Below, one piece after another: positions 1 through 13,963 of a stretch of DNA of 64,000 bases. Below the pieces are notes generated by a model. The model saw nothing but the letters and a program-made list of their open reading frames with translations, made no database searches and had not been told where the DNA came from. The position numbers were made by a program, and so were the translations under genes. The DNA lies in the NCBI GenBank assembly GCA_951406725.2, contig OX597814.1, forward strand, positions 81,778,001 to 81,842,000, written 5' to 3'. Position 1 is the first letter of the stretch. Every line of letters begins with the position of its first letter. This stretch comes from Octopus vulgaris (taxonomy: Eukaryota).

Positions 1-3000
1 GACGCCAAAAATTGTATAAAAATGTTTTTACTTTAAAACCGATATTCACTCGATACCTGTTTGAACGTAAATCTCAAAAACATAATTCTTTTATAGTGGT
101 AAGGCTAAATGGAATTGTTATTTCACTTCTCATATTGTAACAATTTCCTCCATATAAATAACTTCATCATATTTACATTAACATCTCCGCCATCTCAGAG
201 TAATGAAATTGCGGGAAAAAATGTTGCTGCAAAAGTATAGATGGAGTATCGAAATTTAATGGGATACATAAAAATACTAAGTACCATTCCTATATTATGT
301 ACACATGAATACTTTCACTTCTCACTTCCATACGGGAATAGGTTGGGCACCTACACTCTCTTTTCTAATTCAGATGAGATTTCGCAACTGGAAACAAAAT
401 TGAGCAACTTATTAGTAATAAGCTGGTTATTTATATTTTCTCATGAATGGCTAGTGTATCTTAATGCGATTGAGTTACAAATTAAGTGTGTGTGTGTAAG
501 TAAGCAAAAAGTTTCGAGGAGTGACTGATCACTGTATTGAGTCAGCGTCACGAGGTTTAGTATGAAAACAGCATTCAGTTATGTGGAAAATGTTAACAAC
601 AGGCTAATTAGTTAGGAACAATATTTAACTTTAAAGATCACTGCATTCGAATAACAAGGGATAAAAGAAAAATTTCCTCGAAGAACTAAACGATCATTTA
701 AAACGAGCCGTACATTTGTCTATTTTATACTCATCATATTTCTATCTACGTGAACTACATTAGTTAATTTTAGGTCATTGGAAACTTAATCTATATCAAA
801 GGAGGGAACCATTATGTGGTCGTTCGACCCGCTGGAAATAGCACCAGTCTCTCTCAAATCAAACCATATAGTCTTAAGAAACGGAGACACATTGGACAAT
901 GTAATAGTAAAAGACATGATAGGCATAAGATATCACGTCTTCGATCACGATCAGGGTTGCCCTGGGGCTAAACAACAGCAGTAGATATTAATAATTAGGA
1001 TTAAGAACTGAAAGGAGATGGTAAATGCTAGAAAATATTCCGTCTAAAGATATTAGCTTCTGAGCGAAGTGAGCTGTCGGAGTATATAGTAACATGAACT
1101 TTCTAAGAAGGCTAATTTTATTCTTGTCTCGTTTGAATAAAATGTCAAATGTTTGTATCACAGAAATATGCTTAAGTACATCACATTAAGATATTCTTTT
1201 CATTGACATAACTTTTGAAAAATATAAAATAAAATTGTACAGTGTTTTTCTAAAACAACAAAAAATAAACTTCGACCAATTCACAGCATAATGGTTAAAA
1301 AAAGCGGCCATTAGAGTTTGAAATTGACTGGGGTGGGGGAAAATCAAAAAAGTTGAAATCTTATATAGCTACAAGTAAAATTAATTTAAAGAATATTAAA
1401 CGTGTCACCATTATTTACGGGATGATTCTAATTTTGAAGCTAAGAATATAGTATTACTGGTATATTAATAAATTTCGGAGTCGTATTTATTAGGCTGGGG
1501 ATTTGATCAGAGAATATTGTAACAGTTTTTAGTAGCATTAAACTTTAAAAAAAGTGAACTTGCTTAAATAACTATGACTCTACATATTAATATTAAAAAG
1601 AGAGGAACGTTTCAACAGATAGTTCGTAGTAATTTTATTTAAACATCTCGTAGAAGCTACACATCTAACAGGTAGGCTTTTCGCTTGATGAACAAATCGA
1701 CCGCCATGTAATTTACCTATGTCACGTAATTGAGAAAAGACTTTATCGAACTTTATGAAGGAAAAGACAAATTTGGGTTACCAACTCTAATTAGAAAACA
1801 AAGTAAAGTTTTATATGTAGGATAACAAAGCAGAAAAGTAACTATTTTAAACATTTGTAAACAGTGGTTTATAAAACAAACAATATACATATATGAAAAT
1901 CTATCCCATCCAATAACATCTGTCAATTATCAAGCCAAACACACTGTTCATATTTATGCCCTTGAAATAAAGAATGAGTCTCTTAAATTAAAATTTCCCC
2001 TCTATATAAATCTACACGAATCAAAATCTCGACGAATTATATTTTTTTCAGATACGCGAATAGTAAATGAGATTATAATAAAGTGGCACTTGTTTTGCAT
2101 TGAAAACTTTCTGGCAAAGAAAACATTCATGATAGAAAAGTTTTGTCTATTCTCTCCGGAGTGTAAACTGCTTCATTACATTGTTTTCACAAGTAGATCG
2201 ACATCGAATTTATACAGAGGTAAAATATAAGTGTACAAACTATCACGCCTCATTGAGCATTAGGTATGTAAGATTAAAAAAACAAAAATCAAGACTAGTT
2301 AGATTTCTGAGTTTAGCAGTAGGCTAACCGCGATCAAAAAGGTGCATTAACGAAAACATTTCAGCCGTGACCATCTCATTTTTTTAGTACAAACAGATCT
2401 ATTGTTTCTTCTTTTTTTTTTTTAATCAAGTGAGAATTAAACTGACTGCTTTCCAGGATATATTTAGTTTCCACTGCACGGCACTCAATTCGTAAATAAC
2501 ATCGTTCATAACTAAAGAGAGCTCTCCTGTAATAAATTTCTTTAGTAAAGAGCTGGAAGAGATTAATTTCAGCTAAAGCTAATCTCTTTCTAATTGAATG
2601 TACTGTTAGTTACTAAGAACATTATATCACACGTCAGTTTACTATGGTGACACTTCTGGACGTGTTCAGGAAGATATGGAAAATGTTAGCATGATATCAG
2701 TAGCGATTTTCTTTTAGACAAAAACAAATTTATAAATATATTTGCCTTCTGGTAATTTCTTTTAGTGTTATTAAAAATTGGGAAAACCTCCAAATAGTCC
2801 TGCGGCTACTATAATTCCGATTATAATAATTGTTATATATATACACACAGACATACAGGCAGAATGCTTTCTGTTTACTTGTATTAAAATTTGTGTAAAA
2901 TTACCAAACTAAGAACAGCAAGGCAATTTCATGGGAGCGTGGTATTTTTAATACGACAAAAAAAGAAAAGAAAAAAGTTTGAAAAAGTGAGGTTGATGAT

Positions 3001-3711
3001 GATAGTGGTGGAAGACACCACGGAAAGAGGAGTGAGAATGAATCATGGATTTTGTGACCAGATCACATAGTATGATGCTTTTGCATCAAGGAAAACAGCT
3101 TAATTTTAGAAAAAAGAAAAAGGAAAATAAATTATTGATTAACGACTAAGGATTGTTTACATGTTCTGTTCTAAGCTAAAAGTTTAGAGAAAAATGGAAT
3201 TGCGTTTTCGATATTTTACAAAGAGAAAGTAACTACTAAAATGCCAATCACCTGTGATCAGCATAAACTTATTTGTTTGTACACACACATCTATCTATAT
3301 ATATATATAATACTTAACGAGTGTATACACCGTTGACAAGAATTAATGCATTAAATATGTTACATAAATTACTATTTCAATTTAATACTATTATGATTGC
3401 GTATAGCGGATAACTAAAACATGGCGGTGCTCCAGCATGGCCACAGCCTTAGGGCTGAAACATGTAAAAGAATATGCTAGGGAAAAAAAGTATTAGGAAA
3501 ATTCAGGAAATTAATTTCATTAACTTCCATTTATTAAGGAAAATAATTTTGATAATAGGATAAATGTAACGTAGCGAGTCCAGTTCAGTTTTTATTTCAG
3601 TTTGAAGTCGACCCCAGACAGATAATTCCCCTGTGAAAAACATGAACACAATATCCATTTTCTGTGTCATTAGATCTGATATTCTGTGACAAATCAAAAG
3701 AAAACATTACG

Positions 3712-3761
<50 letters not shown>

Positions 3762-3785
3762 AACGAAACATAGGTGTAAAATTAC

Positions 3786-3969
3786 CTCGTTTATTCGAAC
3801 ATTTTTGTTCTTTGGCTATTTTTAACTCTCCTGTAATTTTCGATTCCAAGTGTTCCGATTTCTTGATTAGCATTGTTTCAATACTTTGCAACTTCTGTAT
3901 AGCCTTCTGTGGTGTTAATGCTGGTTCCTGCTCTTTCGAGAACCCAAACAGTTTAGTAATAGAATGCAT
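3786..3969 (-). CDS. CHMP4: CHMP4/Snf7-family ESCRT-III subunit, first coding exon (divergent copy)
   Basis: MHSITKLFGFSKEQEPALTPQKAIQKLQSIETMLIKKSEHLESKITGELKIAKEQKCSNKR matches the CHMP4 N-terminus (KLFG...TPQEAIQxL..TEEML.KK.EFLEKKI..EL..AKK.GTKNKR). Similarity stops at a GT donor (CGA G|GTAAT, GT at 3785-3784), the phase-1 intron position after KNKR that I recall from animal CHMP4 genes. I found no exon 2 in 1-3780. Confidence 0.85.
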
Positions 3970-4379
3970 CGTGAATAATTAAGAACAGAAAAACAACAAC
4001 GGAGGGAAAAGACACTTCAGATTGTTCAAAAATAATGATCAGTAGTTCTTGTAATTTTTCTTGTTCTGTTGTTTTTTACCGTCCTTGTTTTAAAATAAAT
4101 ACTGTGAATAAATTATATTTGGGAACGGGACGTATTAGGATTGAAATTATACCATATATAACTTCTTAGAGATATATGGCCAGCTCTAGACAAAGCAGAC
4201 ACAAAGGCGCTGGCAGTGCCTTGGTGTACGCGAAGAATTCTTTGTTGCCGTTTGGTTAAGGAGTTAAATTTATAGAGTATTCAGTGTATATATATAAAAG
4301 TGTGTATCGGTAAGATGTAAAACACAAAACACTACAGTATGCGTTCTTTGCGCTGCTGTGTTCGTAATCCACAAGTCTC

Positions 4380-4445
4380 TAAGTGGCCCTCTGCCGTACA
4401 CCGCCCCTCGAAAGCGCATGTAAAGCACATTTTCATTGGTCGAAA
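4380..4445 (-). promoter_or_regulatory. possible CHMP4 proximal promoter elements
   Basis: Locally GC-richer patch about 430 bp upstream of the ATG, with a GC-box-like ACCGCCC, GCGCATG and ATTGG (CCAAT on the minus strand). Motif evidence only. Confidence 0.2.
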
Positions 4446-5110
4446 AAACAATACCGCTTCTAAGGGAAATAACTCTCTATATTCATTTATTCGAGAGTTT
4501 GTTGTATTCTTTTTCAAATAATTCCTTTTGGCATTTATACGTCTCTCTTTTATCTTTTACTTATTTCAGTCATTCAACTGCTAAGGCCACTCCTGGGAAA
4601 GGTCTTTTCGAACAAATCTACTCGAGATCTTATTTTTATCTAAGCCTGATACTTATTCAGTCGGCCTCTTTTTGCCGAATCGCGAAGTTACAGGGACGTA
4701 AACAAACCAAGCGGTGGGGTGTGGGTGTGGGGGGGGGGGAGACAAACGCGCGCGCACACACAATGTATGTATGTATATATATATATATACATATGTGTGT
4801 GTGTGTGTGCGGAGGTGCGTGGCTTAGTGGTTAGGGTGTCAGCATCATGATCGTAATTAAAAAAAAAATACTAGCAAAAATCTCGAGGCAAATAAAGTAA
4901 TTTGTATTCACCTTCCGATAAGAAAGGTGTGTACGTGTGGTTGCGAGATGTAACGTCATTGCAACCCTTTCATAAAGCAACATATTTCTGGAAAAATCGA
5001 AATCGGCAATGTTTGTCGAATTCCAAATAGTTTTTGACTTTTTGTATCAAGTCCCACTAACTTGTTCTATAGTATTGGTACTGAAGTAGATATTTAGTTG
5101 ATTTCTTTTA

Positions 5111-5449
5111 TTCTTTTACCTGTTTCAGTTATTAGACTGCAACCATGCTGGAGCACCACCTTGAAGAGTTTTAGTCGAACAAATCGCCCCCAGGACTAAT
5201 TTTTTAAGCCTAGTACTTATTCTATCGGTCTTTTTTGCCGAACCGCTAGTTTGCGGGGACATAAACACCAGTTGTCAAGCGGTGACGAGGGTACAAACGC
5301 AGATACAAACACACACACACACACACACACACATACACACACACACACAGATATATACATACATATATGTATATTCGACAGGCTTCTTTCAGTTTCCATT
5401 TACCAAATCCACTCAGAAGGCTTTGGTCGGCCCAAGGCTATAGTAGAAT
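5111..5449 (-). mobile_element. tRNA-derived SINE, family A (5'-truncated)
   Basis: Collinear with the full copy at 42732-43126 (CCATGCTGGAGCACC, TATTCTATCGGTC, GAACCGCTA, TTTCAGTTTCC, GGCTTTGGTCGGCCC). Confidence 0.8.
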
Positions 5450-6639
5450 AAATACTATTTTTGAAATTTGTTTTATAAAAACTCCTCATAATCTGACCAA
5501 CCTTCGTTCTACCCATGGGATTATACATTATTCTTGTCATTCTGTAGATTCTGCTATCGGTATGTAACGGAAAAGTTTTTATTAAAGTATTTGTAACGAT
5601 AAAGTTTTTAGCTGAAGTCGTGGGTCACCAATTGTAACGGCAGAAATTGCTTTGTAAACATTAATATGATATGTCCGGAGAAGCAGTTGTGAAGATAAAT
5701 ATTTGTTATTATAATTGCATGTTGTTGGGTGGGATAGATGGAACAATGCATGAAGTTTTAAGGAAATGTTTATTTACCGTTACGTTACAATACTTTGCCT
5801 CGACGAGCAGGTTTTGATAAATCCAAAAGCATGCGAAGTAAAGTTTGAGTTTGTATCCTCTTCATTGTTTAGTAGTAATTGCTGAGACAGATAGACTGAT
5901 GTTGTAAGGGACTGAATTAGAGCTAGAGAGAATTGTAGGGTGTTGTCTCACAGTTGCTTTCTCCCTCTAACCAAGGTTGGTCAGCCAGACCTCGTTGAGT
6001 CGTCACGACTGTGACGAACTGATTTTTGCTTGGGATGTGCTTGCTTATATAAAGATCCAGAAGGATAGATATATCATTGAGAACAGTAGATTTAGTTGGT
6101 GGTCTTGTTATCTATTCTAGCTTTTGGTGGAGTAGAAGAGGTTAGAAAGGGTCAAGTAGTGAAGACATTATTTCGGTCTAGCTAAAGGCATCTGGAAGAT
6201 GTAAAACTGCTGTCAGAGAAAAACCATTGTTCCATCGTGGGAAAAGTTCTGTATCAGTGTTAATTTAAATTTGGCTGTGGTGGATCGAATCCACTTCATG
6301 CATGCAAAATTCATTACAGGTATATGTAAAAATAATGACGGAGCTTTCTGAGCGTGCATACAGAGACATAATGAATATGTATCAGAGTCAATCAGCGATA
6401 TGAAGACAAAACTTATTATGTGATGTGTGATGAATATTGTTAATTATATGCTTTTGAAAGGTATTTGCTAATTTCTAGTTTTGTCTGCTACTGTTTACTA
6501 TAACATGTTAAAAAAGAATTTCTTTTTGAAAAACAATTTTCCAACCCCAAACACCTATCACTATTTACACTACTTTCATTAAAGAAAATTAAACAGTACA
6601 ATGAATTAATGGTTTATTATTGAATATTCATTTACTTCC

Positions 6640-8600
6640 AATATCTCACACTGGTAAATTCTCTGAAAAAATTTCTGCAGCCCTGACAAAGAAATGAATT
6701 TTGGAAAGACATGCTTGACGAAGGGTAACCACGCCTGCACACTGTCCAGGAATGTCTATAAATAGCAGAGCCTTCACGCATGTCTGTGCATTATTAGCTA
6801 CATCTCTCGCTATTGTCAACAGATTAGCCACTTGACCAGTGGAATTCATCCATTCCAGAAAAGTTCCAATCTAGGCACGACGGTTAGATGATAATATGTA
6901 AGAGAGGTGATGTATGCATTCCTCACCCCTCTCCAAACTTTTAGGAATGTTTCGTTTCAGCCCATATTCGATTATACTCGTCATCCTGCTCTTAATTTCG
7001 TTCCAGTCTCTATTGACTTAGTGGTAGAGACTACCAGGGCCCAAACAGTTTAACCGGTCCACGGTGCTGTCTAACAGCATGGAGCTGCCTCTCTGGATGC
7101 GGAGATGTATGCTCCTGAAGCTAACTTAGAGAACACTTCGAATGTCGTGGTGTCAGACATCATTATGATGACGTCGTCAGTATATACTGACACGACCTTC
7201 CTTTGTTTCTGATAAAACAGGATGCTCCACAAGCCCTCTAGTTTCTGCAGCTGCGAATCAAGAGATAAGAGGGGACACCTTTGGTGGACCAAGCGTTTGA
7301 TTCAAAACAGTTCCGATAGATAGCCATTTAATCTGATCACAAACAGTTGCAGACTTTGAAAATGAAACCAAAAGAGGATGTACGAAGGACAACCATCAAG
7401 AAGTGTAGTTGATCCTATCAAGAGCTTTCCATTGATCCTAACTGATCAGTGCTCCATCGAAGTCAGGTTTGTTACACGACCTCTTTACGATGTATTGCAC
7501 GAAGAAGTAATTGTAAAATGCACCGGCCTTTTCGCTAGCACTTTGGGTTAAAAATTTCAAACTCTGCATTTAGCAATTATAAACCAGAGATCGTCAATAA
7601 CGTCCCCTTTGTTCGTGTTCTTCTACAGCAACGATACCGGTTCACAAAACTGGGAATCCTTCCATTCTATTGTCAGTCGCTGTAGACATCTGTCAAGATG
7701 CTTGCAAACAATTTGACATATAAGCATAAAACTCGTACAGCTAACTGATTAAACTAGACAACTTTACCTCCCGTACAACTTGTTGTTAGCCAAGAGACGT
7801 GGTAGTCACTCAGGGCCACAACTATTTCTGATCCATTAATGTCGCCATTAACCCCTAACAATTAAGCAAAGTGCTGCTGGAAGACTGCACACATTTGTTT
7901 GGAATCGAAAAATAATTATCTGTCACGGTTGATGAAAGACAAGGCTGTAGCTTTGTTGCTAGGTTTCATCTCTGACAACCTATCTTTAGTTCCATCGTGA
8001 AAAAGAGCGCGCGCTTTAGTCCTGATAATGTATTTCGCGTTGAAGAAATGATCGAGAGCCATTCTTATTTCCAACATATCAGTTGCGATACCTTTCCTAA
8101 TCTTTCCTAATTTACTCAGTAGTTCTCTTTCCAATCTGTTTCTATTGTCTCTCTTTGATAAATGCTATCGATTCTACCTTGATTGTCTGATTAATTATCT
8201 TTTCCGTTAACTTCCACCTTCCTAATTCCCTAATCCGGACACTGTAAACTTTCTACGCCACGCCATTCTCGTCTCTCACTAGGGTTAAAGAGCAGGACTT
8301 ACCCAATAAAGAAATCTAAAGCAATCCGACCGCTTTTACTCTCAATCACTTACGTGAAAACACTGCCTTTATTTACGTCCAGCACCGCTAACTTAACTTC
8401 TGGGTCCTAGAATGCCGTCTGTATCTTGAGCTTCGAGCCCTTATGAAATAACAGTGTCATCCTTTCCCCTGATCTTGGCAGACCAGATAATACATACACC
8501 TCATAGTCGTCGAAGATAGGCGTGGTGCAGGTCCTGGAAATTTTCGTCTATTAGAATGAAAAGATCTGTGATCGTTGAGTAAATGAATTTGTTTCCATGT
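6640..8600 (-). mobile_element. heavily decayed non-LTR retrotransposon, probably L1/Tx1-like
   Basis: Minus-strand fragments VHQRCPLLSL...VSVYTDDVII (RT motifs QGCPLSP and YADD) at 7071-7292 and a linker-like LEIRMALDHFFNAKYIIRTKARAL at 7916-8134. Many stops and frameshifts. Confidence 0.6.
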
Positions 8601-9519
8601 CAACCACCGTTCATGTGCGGTGAATTGAAAAAGGAAGAGATCACTCACATTGAACTAGTAGTAGAACAGGTAGGTAATCTGGTTTTTCCCAATAGCGGAA
8701 GTTGGTGGGGGTGTTTCATGAGAGGCTTTTCTAACTTATTTTTTAAACTTATTTTTGGTGTCTTACGAAACATTCATACGTCATAAGATGACGTGTTCAT
8801 ATGTCATAAGAGAATAATGCTGTGTAGGCGTGTGAGTTACCTTGTATTTTGTACAGGATTTCATCGAAACCGTCTCCTTTGGTGTGTTTTTGTTGTTTAT
8901 GATCTAAATGAAATCACGGTTGTTCTTTCGTACGGCAAGGAAGCTGATGATGGGGTAGGGTTTTATGAGTTTTGTTGTAGTCCCTGTGTTTATTTTCGTT
9001 TTTTTTTTGTTGTGGTTGTAGGTGGCTGATCGAAGGCTTTTCTGCTGTACCGTGGATGATCCCGGCTTTTAAGCTTAAGGCGTTTTTTATTCGTCAACCC
9101 AATAACAATTTCTTGTAATGAGCTTGTCTCGACCTCGCTACGCAAGGTCTCTGTATCGGAGAGAACTGCACCTGAAGGAAGTCGTGTCTATGTAAGCGCA
9201 TGCGAGTATTTGTTTCTGTTTTGGGAGGGAATCTGTTGATTGTGTTAGTGATTCCAGAAGGGTACTTCGGGAATATGGTGTTGGTCTTACCTACTGAGGA
9301 TTACCATATACCAGGTACCACTGCTAATACAAATATATCAAATGTTTTAAAATATCTGGTACACAAAACAAATACAAATGAGAACAACCAATCTATTCAG
9401 GAATAAAAGCCACCACTAGATAGGATCATAACTCCGCCAGACCTCCTTTCACTCTGATCATAATGCGCCGAAATTGCCTCTCAGAAATTTTGGTTTCAAC
9501 TGAGTCGTGTAGCCCCTTC

Positions 9520-9845
9520 GCCATCTGGAACGTAAAAGACACCTTTCGGTCATGAATGACCATGGGACTGCACCTAGAAAGTCCCTCTCCGAGGCACAAG
9601 TCAGGGCAAGGTTGTTTATGGAAGACCAGAAGTCTCCTCGTGCATACTAGCCTCCCCTCTCTATGTCACTGATGTTATCCAAAGGAAAGGTAAAGGCTGA
9701 TACAACTTGGTACCAGTAACGTCGCAACTTATTTCTACTGCTAAGTGACATGGAGCAATGTGAAATAAAGTGTCTTGCTCAAGCACACATCACACAGCCC
9801 AGTCCGGGAATCGAACTTACTACCTAATGATTGTGGGCCTGACGT
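9520..9845 (-). mobile_element. tRNA-derived SINE (separate family)
   Basis: The minus strand has a B-box (GTTCGATTCCC) followed by a GTGTGCTTGAGCAAGACACTT core-like motif typical of invertebrate SINEs. Confidence 0.6.
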
Positions 9846-10472
9846 AATCTCAGTTATTGAAAACTGATGTGATCTTCATTAACTTGCCATCTAGAACCAC
9901 CTGGTATTCATTCCCCGTTTCCTCTAAAATCAGCACAGTATATGATTAGTAAATGATTTCATGGGCAGTATTAAATTTAAATATGCTGGAGGTATTTTTC
10001 GAAGTTCCGTAAAGTTCAGGCACTCCATGGTGGTAGGTACCTCTTCATTAGGGACTTCTAGTTTCTTGCTTGCCCTCTGTCTTGGCTCAGTCTCTCTCTC
10101 TCACTCCCTCTCTCTCCCCCTCTCTCTCCCTTTCTCTCTCTATTGCCACTCCTTTCGTTTCTTAGTACTCCCCATCATTCTCTTCTGTTTGTCTCATCCT
10201 CGTTCTTAAAAGCCAAGCATACGCTTCCATACGACTTTTCTGGTCTATGGACAATGCTATTCCATAAATTAGAGGAAGCCGGAACTTTCTAATACGTTAC
10301 AACTGTTGCAAATGGTTATTTGTCAAAATGTGTAAAAAGAATTCAAAGAATGATATTTTCGCTGTGCGGGTGTATATGTGTCTGTGTATGTGCGTGCGCC
10401 TGTTTATATGTATATAGTCCTCGAAAAGCTCTGTTCATCTCAGCAAAACTGAGATTCTAGAAGCACAATGCG

Positions 10473-10715
<243 letters not shown>

Positions 10716-11712
10716 ATAAGACCCTTTTGTCCGATTTCCTTCTCAAGACATCCCTATCATCCATAATCTAACTGAAGTATTCCACTTCCGTAATTAAATG
10801 TGAGCATATCTGCATACATCACCTGCTTTTTCTTGATATCACTTAACTTTCTTACTACCAAGAAGCATTTCCCTTATTATCCATCTTTCATTCTTGATAC
10901 TATCCTCTCCATCACTATCTTACATTGATCATCCTCAACCACACATCGTTATCTCTCTCATTCTCTTTCTCTCATTCTTCCCCTGTATAGTGTACTATTA
11001 TTACTTTTCCGCTGTTCTTCACTACCCACTTCTTCTGTAGTCAGTCATTTCTTACTCTCATCAGTTCCTCCCAATTCTTATGTATCACTGATAATCCTAC
11101 TCCTTATCTGCCATTCACTCCATCCATCTCTCAGCTCTACTCAGTTTCAACAGTTGTCACTTACTCATCCTTATTTTTCCTAATTATTGTCTTTCAAAAC
11201 CTATTCTCGATAATATTCACCCCTTACCCATTCTAGTCCTCTTTCACTCCCCATACACTCTTGAACCCCAGCCCACCCACGCTCTCTGTTCTCCAGTCTC
11301 CATTCTCTTCTACTCACCCATAATTTGAGGATCCATTCTTACACTGCATCGCTACTATTTTATCTCTTTTCAGCTACACTACAACCATTCCCACTCTCTC
11401 TTTTATAATATGGGTAACCATAAACTCCTCTACAACAAAAACTTGTTCTGCTCAGGTCTCTTCTCTCATATCTTCTCTCACACTTTAACACTGATCTCCT
11501 AGCATTAAACCTCTCATTCCTCTTTACTGTAACCCCACTCAGTTGAAGGGGATCTCAGTCTTGTAAACTATATGGTGACCTTACTAGTATTTGTGCTACG
11601 AAAAAGGCACCCTGTACATGGTGCAAAATGGTTGGTGTTAGGAAGAGCATCCAACCATGTGAGGCTGCCCAGTCCATGCCAGCATGGAACATGGCCACTA
11701 AAGGACGATGAT

Positions 11713-11787
<75 letters not shown>

Positions 11788-11949
11788 CTAATTTTTTCTG
11801 GACCAATGGGTATATGTCAGTTAGTGTGCTGCATGAAGCACGCTCACAGTTTGGGCTACCTGGTGTCATCCACACTTGGGATATATTTCTTTTGGACCTG
11901 ATCTGTGTTGATGCTACACAATTAGCTGCACGATATACTTCCCATAACA

Positions 11950-12715
11950 GACAGTTTCAGGATGGGTCGAAATGATTGTCTATCTTCCATTTCCTTTACC
12001 AATTCACACAACCCTCCTCCTCTCTCCTCTCTTCCTCTCACACTGACTTCCTTCCACCCACTTCTCCTCTCTTGTTTTGGCACCTGCTTCTTCTCTTCTC
12101 TACGACCCTAACCCTTCTCCCTTCCACCCTCTCCTTTCATCGTCACCCCACCTTCGTTACCCCACCCCTACACATTCCAACCCCACCATCCCTATACATC
12201 CCATCCACCCCATCCCTTAGACCCCAGCTTGCTTCCACCACTCTCGCCTCCCACACACCCCAACATCCCCACACCACACCACACACCACCATATCACCAC
12301 ACCACAACACCATACACCACCATACCACACCACATCATACCACCACCCCGCACACACTAGCACTGACCACTTCCCAGCACCTACACCATCATCCACACAT
12401 CTACACATGCACAAATGTACACGTCAATGTCACCAACACCCTTCCACACGCACATACACATGTACGCGCACCACTACTTTATTATCCCCCCTTCTTCCTA
12501 GCTCTCTTGTGTGACCCCTCTGTCCAGCATTCGCCATGATAGATCGACTGCCACTAAACCTTTTTCTATTTTCCCTCCCTGTTTCTTTCTGTGTTCCTTT
12601 CTGTCAAAGAGCGTAGGCCTGAAACGTAAAAGACATTCTCTCTTCCCGAGCGTTAAACTAATACATCTGTTTGTTGTTTACACACCCGTCTTCGTCTTTT
12701 GTTTTTTGTAAATTC

Positions 12716-12720
<5 letters not shown>
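11950..12720 (+). mobile_element. decayed Penelope-like element 3' end
   Basis: Pyrimidine/CA-rich tract, then a terminal block similar to 31200-31396 and 44720-44925, with a degenerate HHR and an end at (TA)n. Confidence 0.6.
12597..12634 (+). ncRNA. degenerate minimal hammerhead ribozyme
   Basis: CTTT-CTGTCAA-A-GAGC-GTAG-GCCT-GAAAC-GTA-AAAG, a mutated homolog of 31262-31300. Confidence 0.45.
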
Positions 12721-12779
<59 letters not shown>

Positions 12780-12780
<1 letters not shown>

Positions 12781-13584
12781 TAGCAGCGTAGCCCGGCGTT
12801 GCCCGGGTATGTAAGAGCCCCTAGTAGGCAACGACTAATCCCAATCTAGTCCTTTCCCTCTAGGGAACGAAGCCGCATGTGTAGGTTGCAATGTCTTCTT
12901 TTCACTCCCAAATAACTATCAAACAGCTATCGATAATTCAACCCAACCAATTCCTACCAGGAAGAAATTACATTCGAGAGTTTACCCCCAACACCGCCAC
13001 TTCTGCTAATAGCTGCTGCAGCCGCAAGTTATTCGAATACTTTTTTGTTTACACTTTCTTTATAACTACCACCCCAAACGTTTTACCTTCAATTTTTGAC
13101 GTACCCTAAATGTCCTCGGACGCTACTTGCAAACTCTTGGTTTATTATAAACCGCTTTTGTCGTGTTCACCAAAAAACCTTTTCCATTCGTTTGTTCAGT
13201 TTGGTCACTTTTGACTTTTTCGTTGTTGTCACTCACATTGCTGCCCGCTTTTTTGCCGTTTTTGTACATTTTTATACATTTTGGGATACTTACCCCTCGT
13301 GTTCCGAGAGTTAAAAAGGTCGAGTTTCGTCCCCTAGACAGTCTGTAGAAAATGTGTTGCATATAAAAACTTAGATTCTCGACCCATGTCGAATTTATCG
13401 ATTTTTTTTCAGAACTGGGGGAAGTTTTCAGAATTTTCGCTGCGTTAGTTTTGAATTATGACATTGGGCTATGTGTGTGTCAAGTTTCATCAGAATCGGT
13501 TGAAAGCTGTGGTCAGGGTGAGGGTACAACCTGACAGACACACAGACACACAAACAGACAAACTGCCGTTTATATATAGAGAGA
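12780..13584 (-). mobile_element. non-autonomous Helitron
   Basis: The minus strand starts TC(TCTCTATATATAAA) and ends with the hairpin CCCGGgcaacgCCGGG about 9 nt before a terminal CTAG. It lies between A and T with no TSD and has a subterminal (CAGA)-like microsatellite. Confidence 0.8.
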
Positions 13585-13608
13585 TATATATACATACATA
13601 CATACATT

Positions 13609-13667
<59 letters not shown>

Positions 13668-13690
13668 TCATCATCATATATATATATATA

Positions 13691-13963
13691 TGCGGGAGAT
13701 TTGAAATAAAGACATCTATCTTCTCTTCGTCGACGCAGACCTCTCCGGCGGTAATGCACCATTCCACGTGGCACAACCCGAACGCTAAAAATAGCAGCTG
13801 CTTTTCCCCTACCTTGACAAAGCGCTCACACGTCCAGCTCTGTCGGCTACCCCGATCGAAAAGGCCCAATGCTCTCCTGCCTGCACACGCGTCACCCCTG
13901 CCCTTCTTCTTCCGGTCAGCCCATAGTTCCGGTCAGCTCCCCAGCTGCTGATGTCATCCCACA
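13691..13963 (-). repeat. 3' LTR of Ty3/Gypsy element (273 bp)
   Basis: TGTGGGA...TCCCGCA terminal inverted repeat with TG..CA ends, preceded on the minus strand by a purine-rich PPT-like AGGGTGGTG. It abuts (TA)n. Confidence 0.8.

Noticed and set aside
241-528. 95-aa ORF and other candidates for CHMP4 exon 2 in 1-3780
   Set aside because: The ORF is on the wrong strand and none of the candidates resembles ALQALKRKK...IDGTL.
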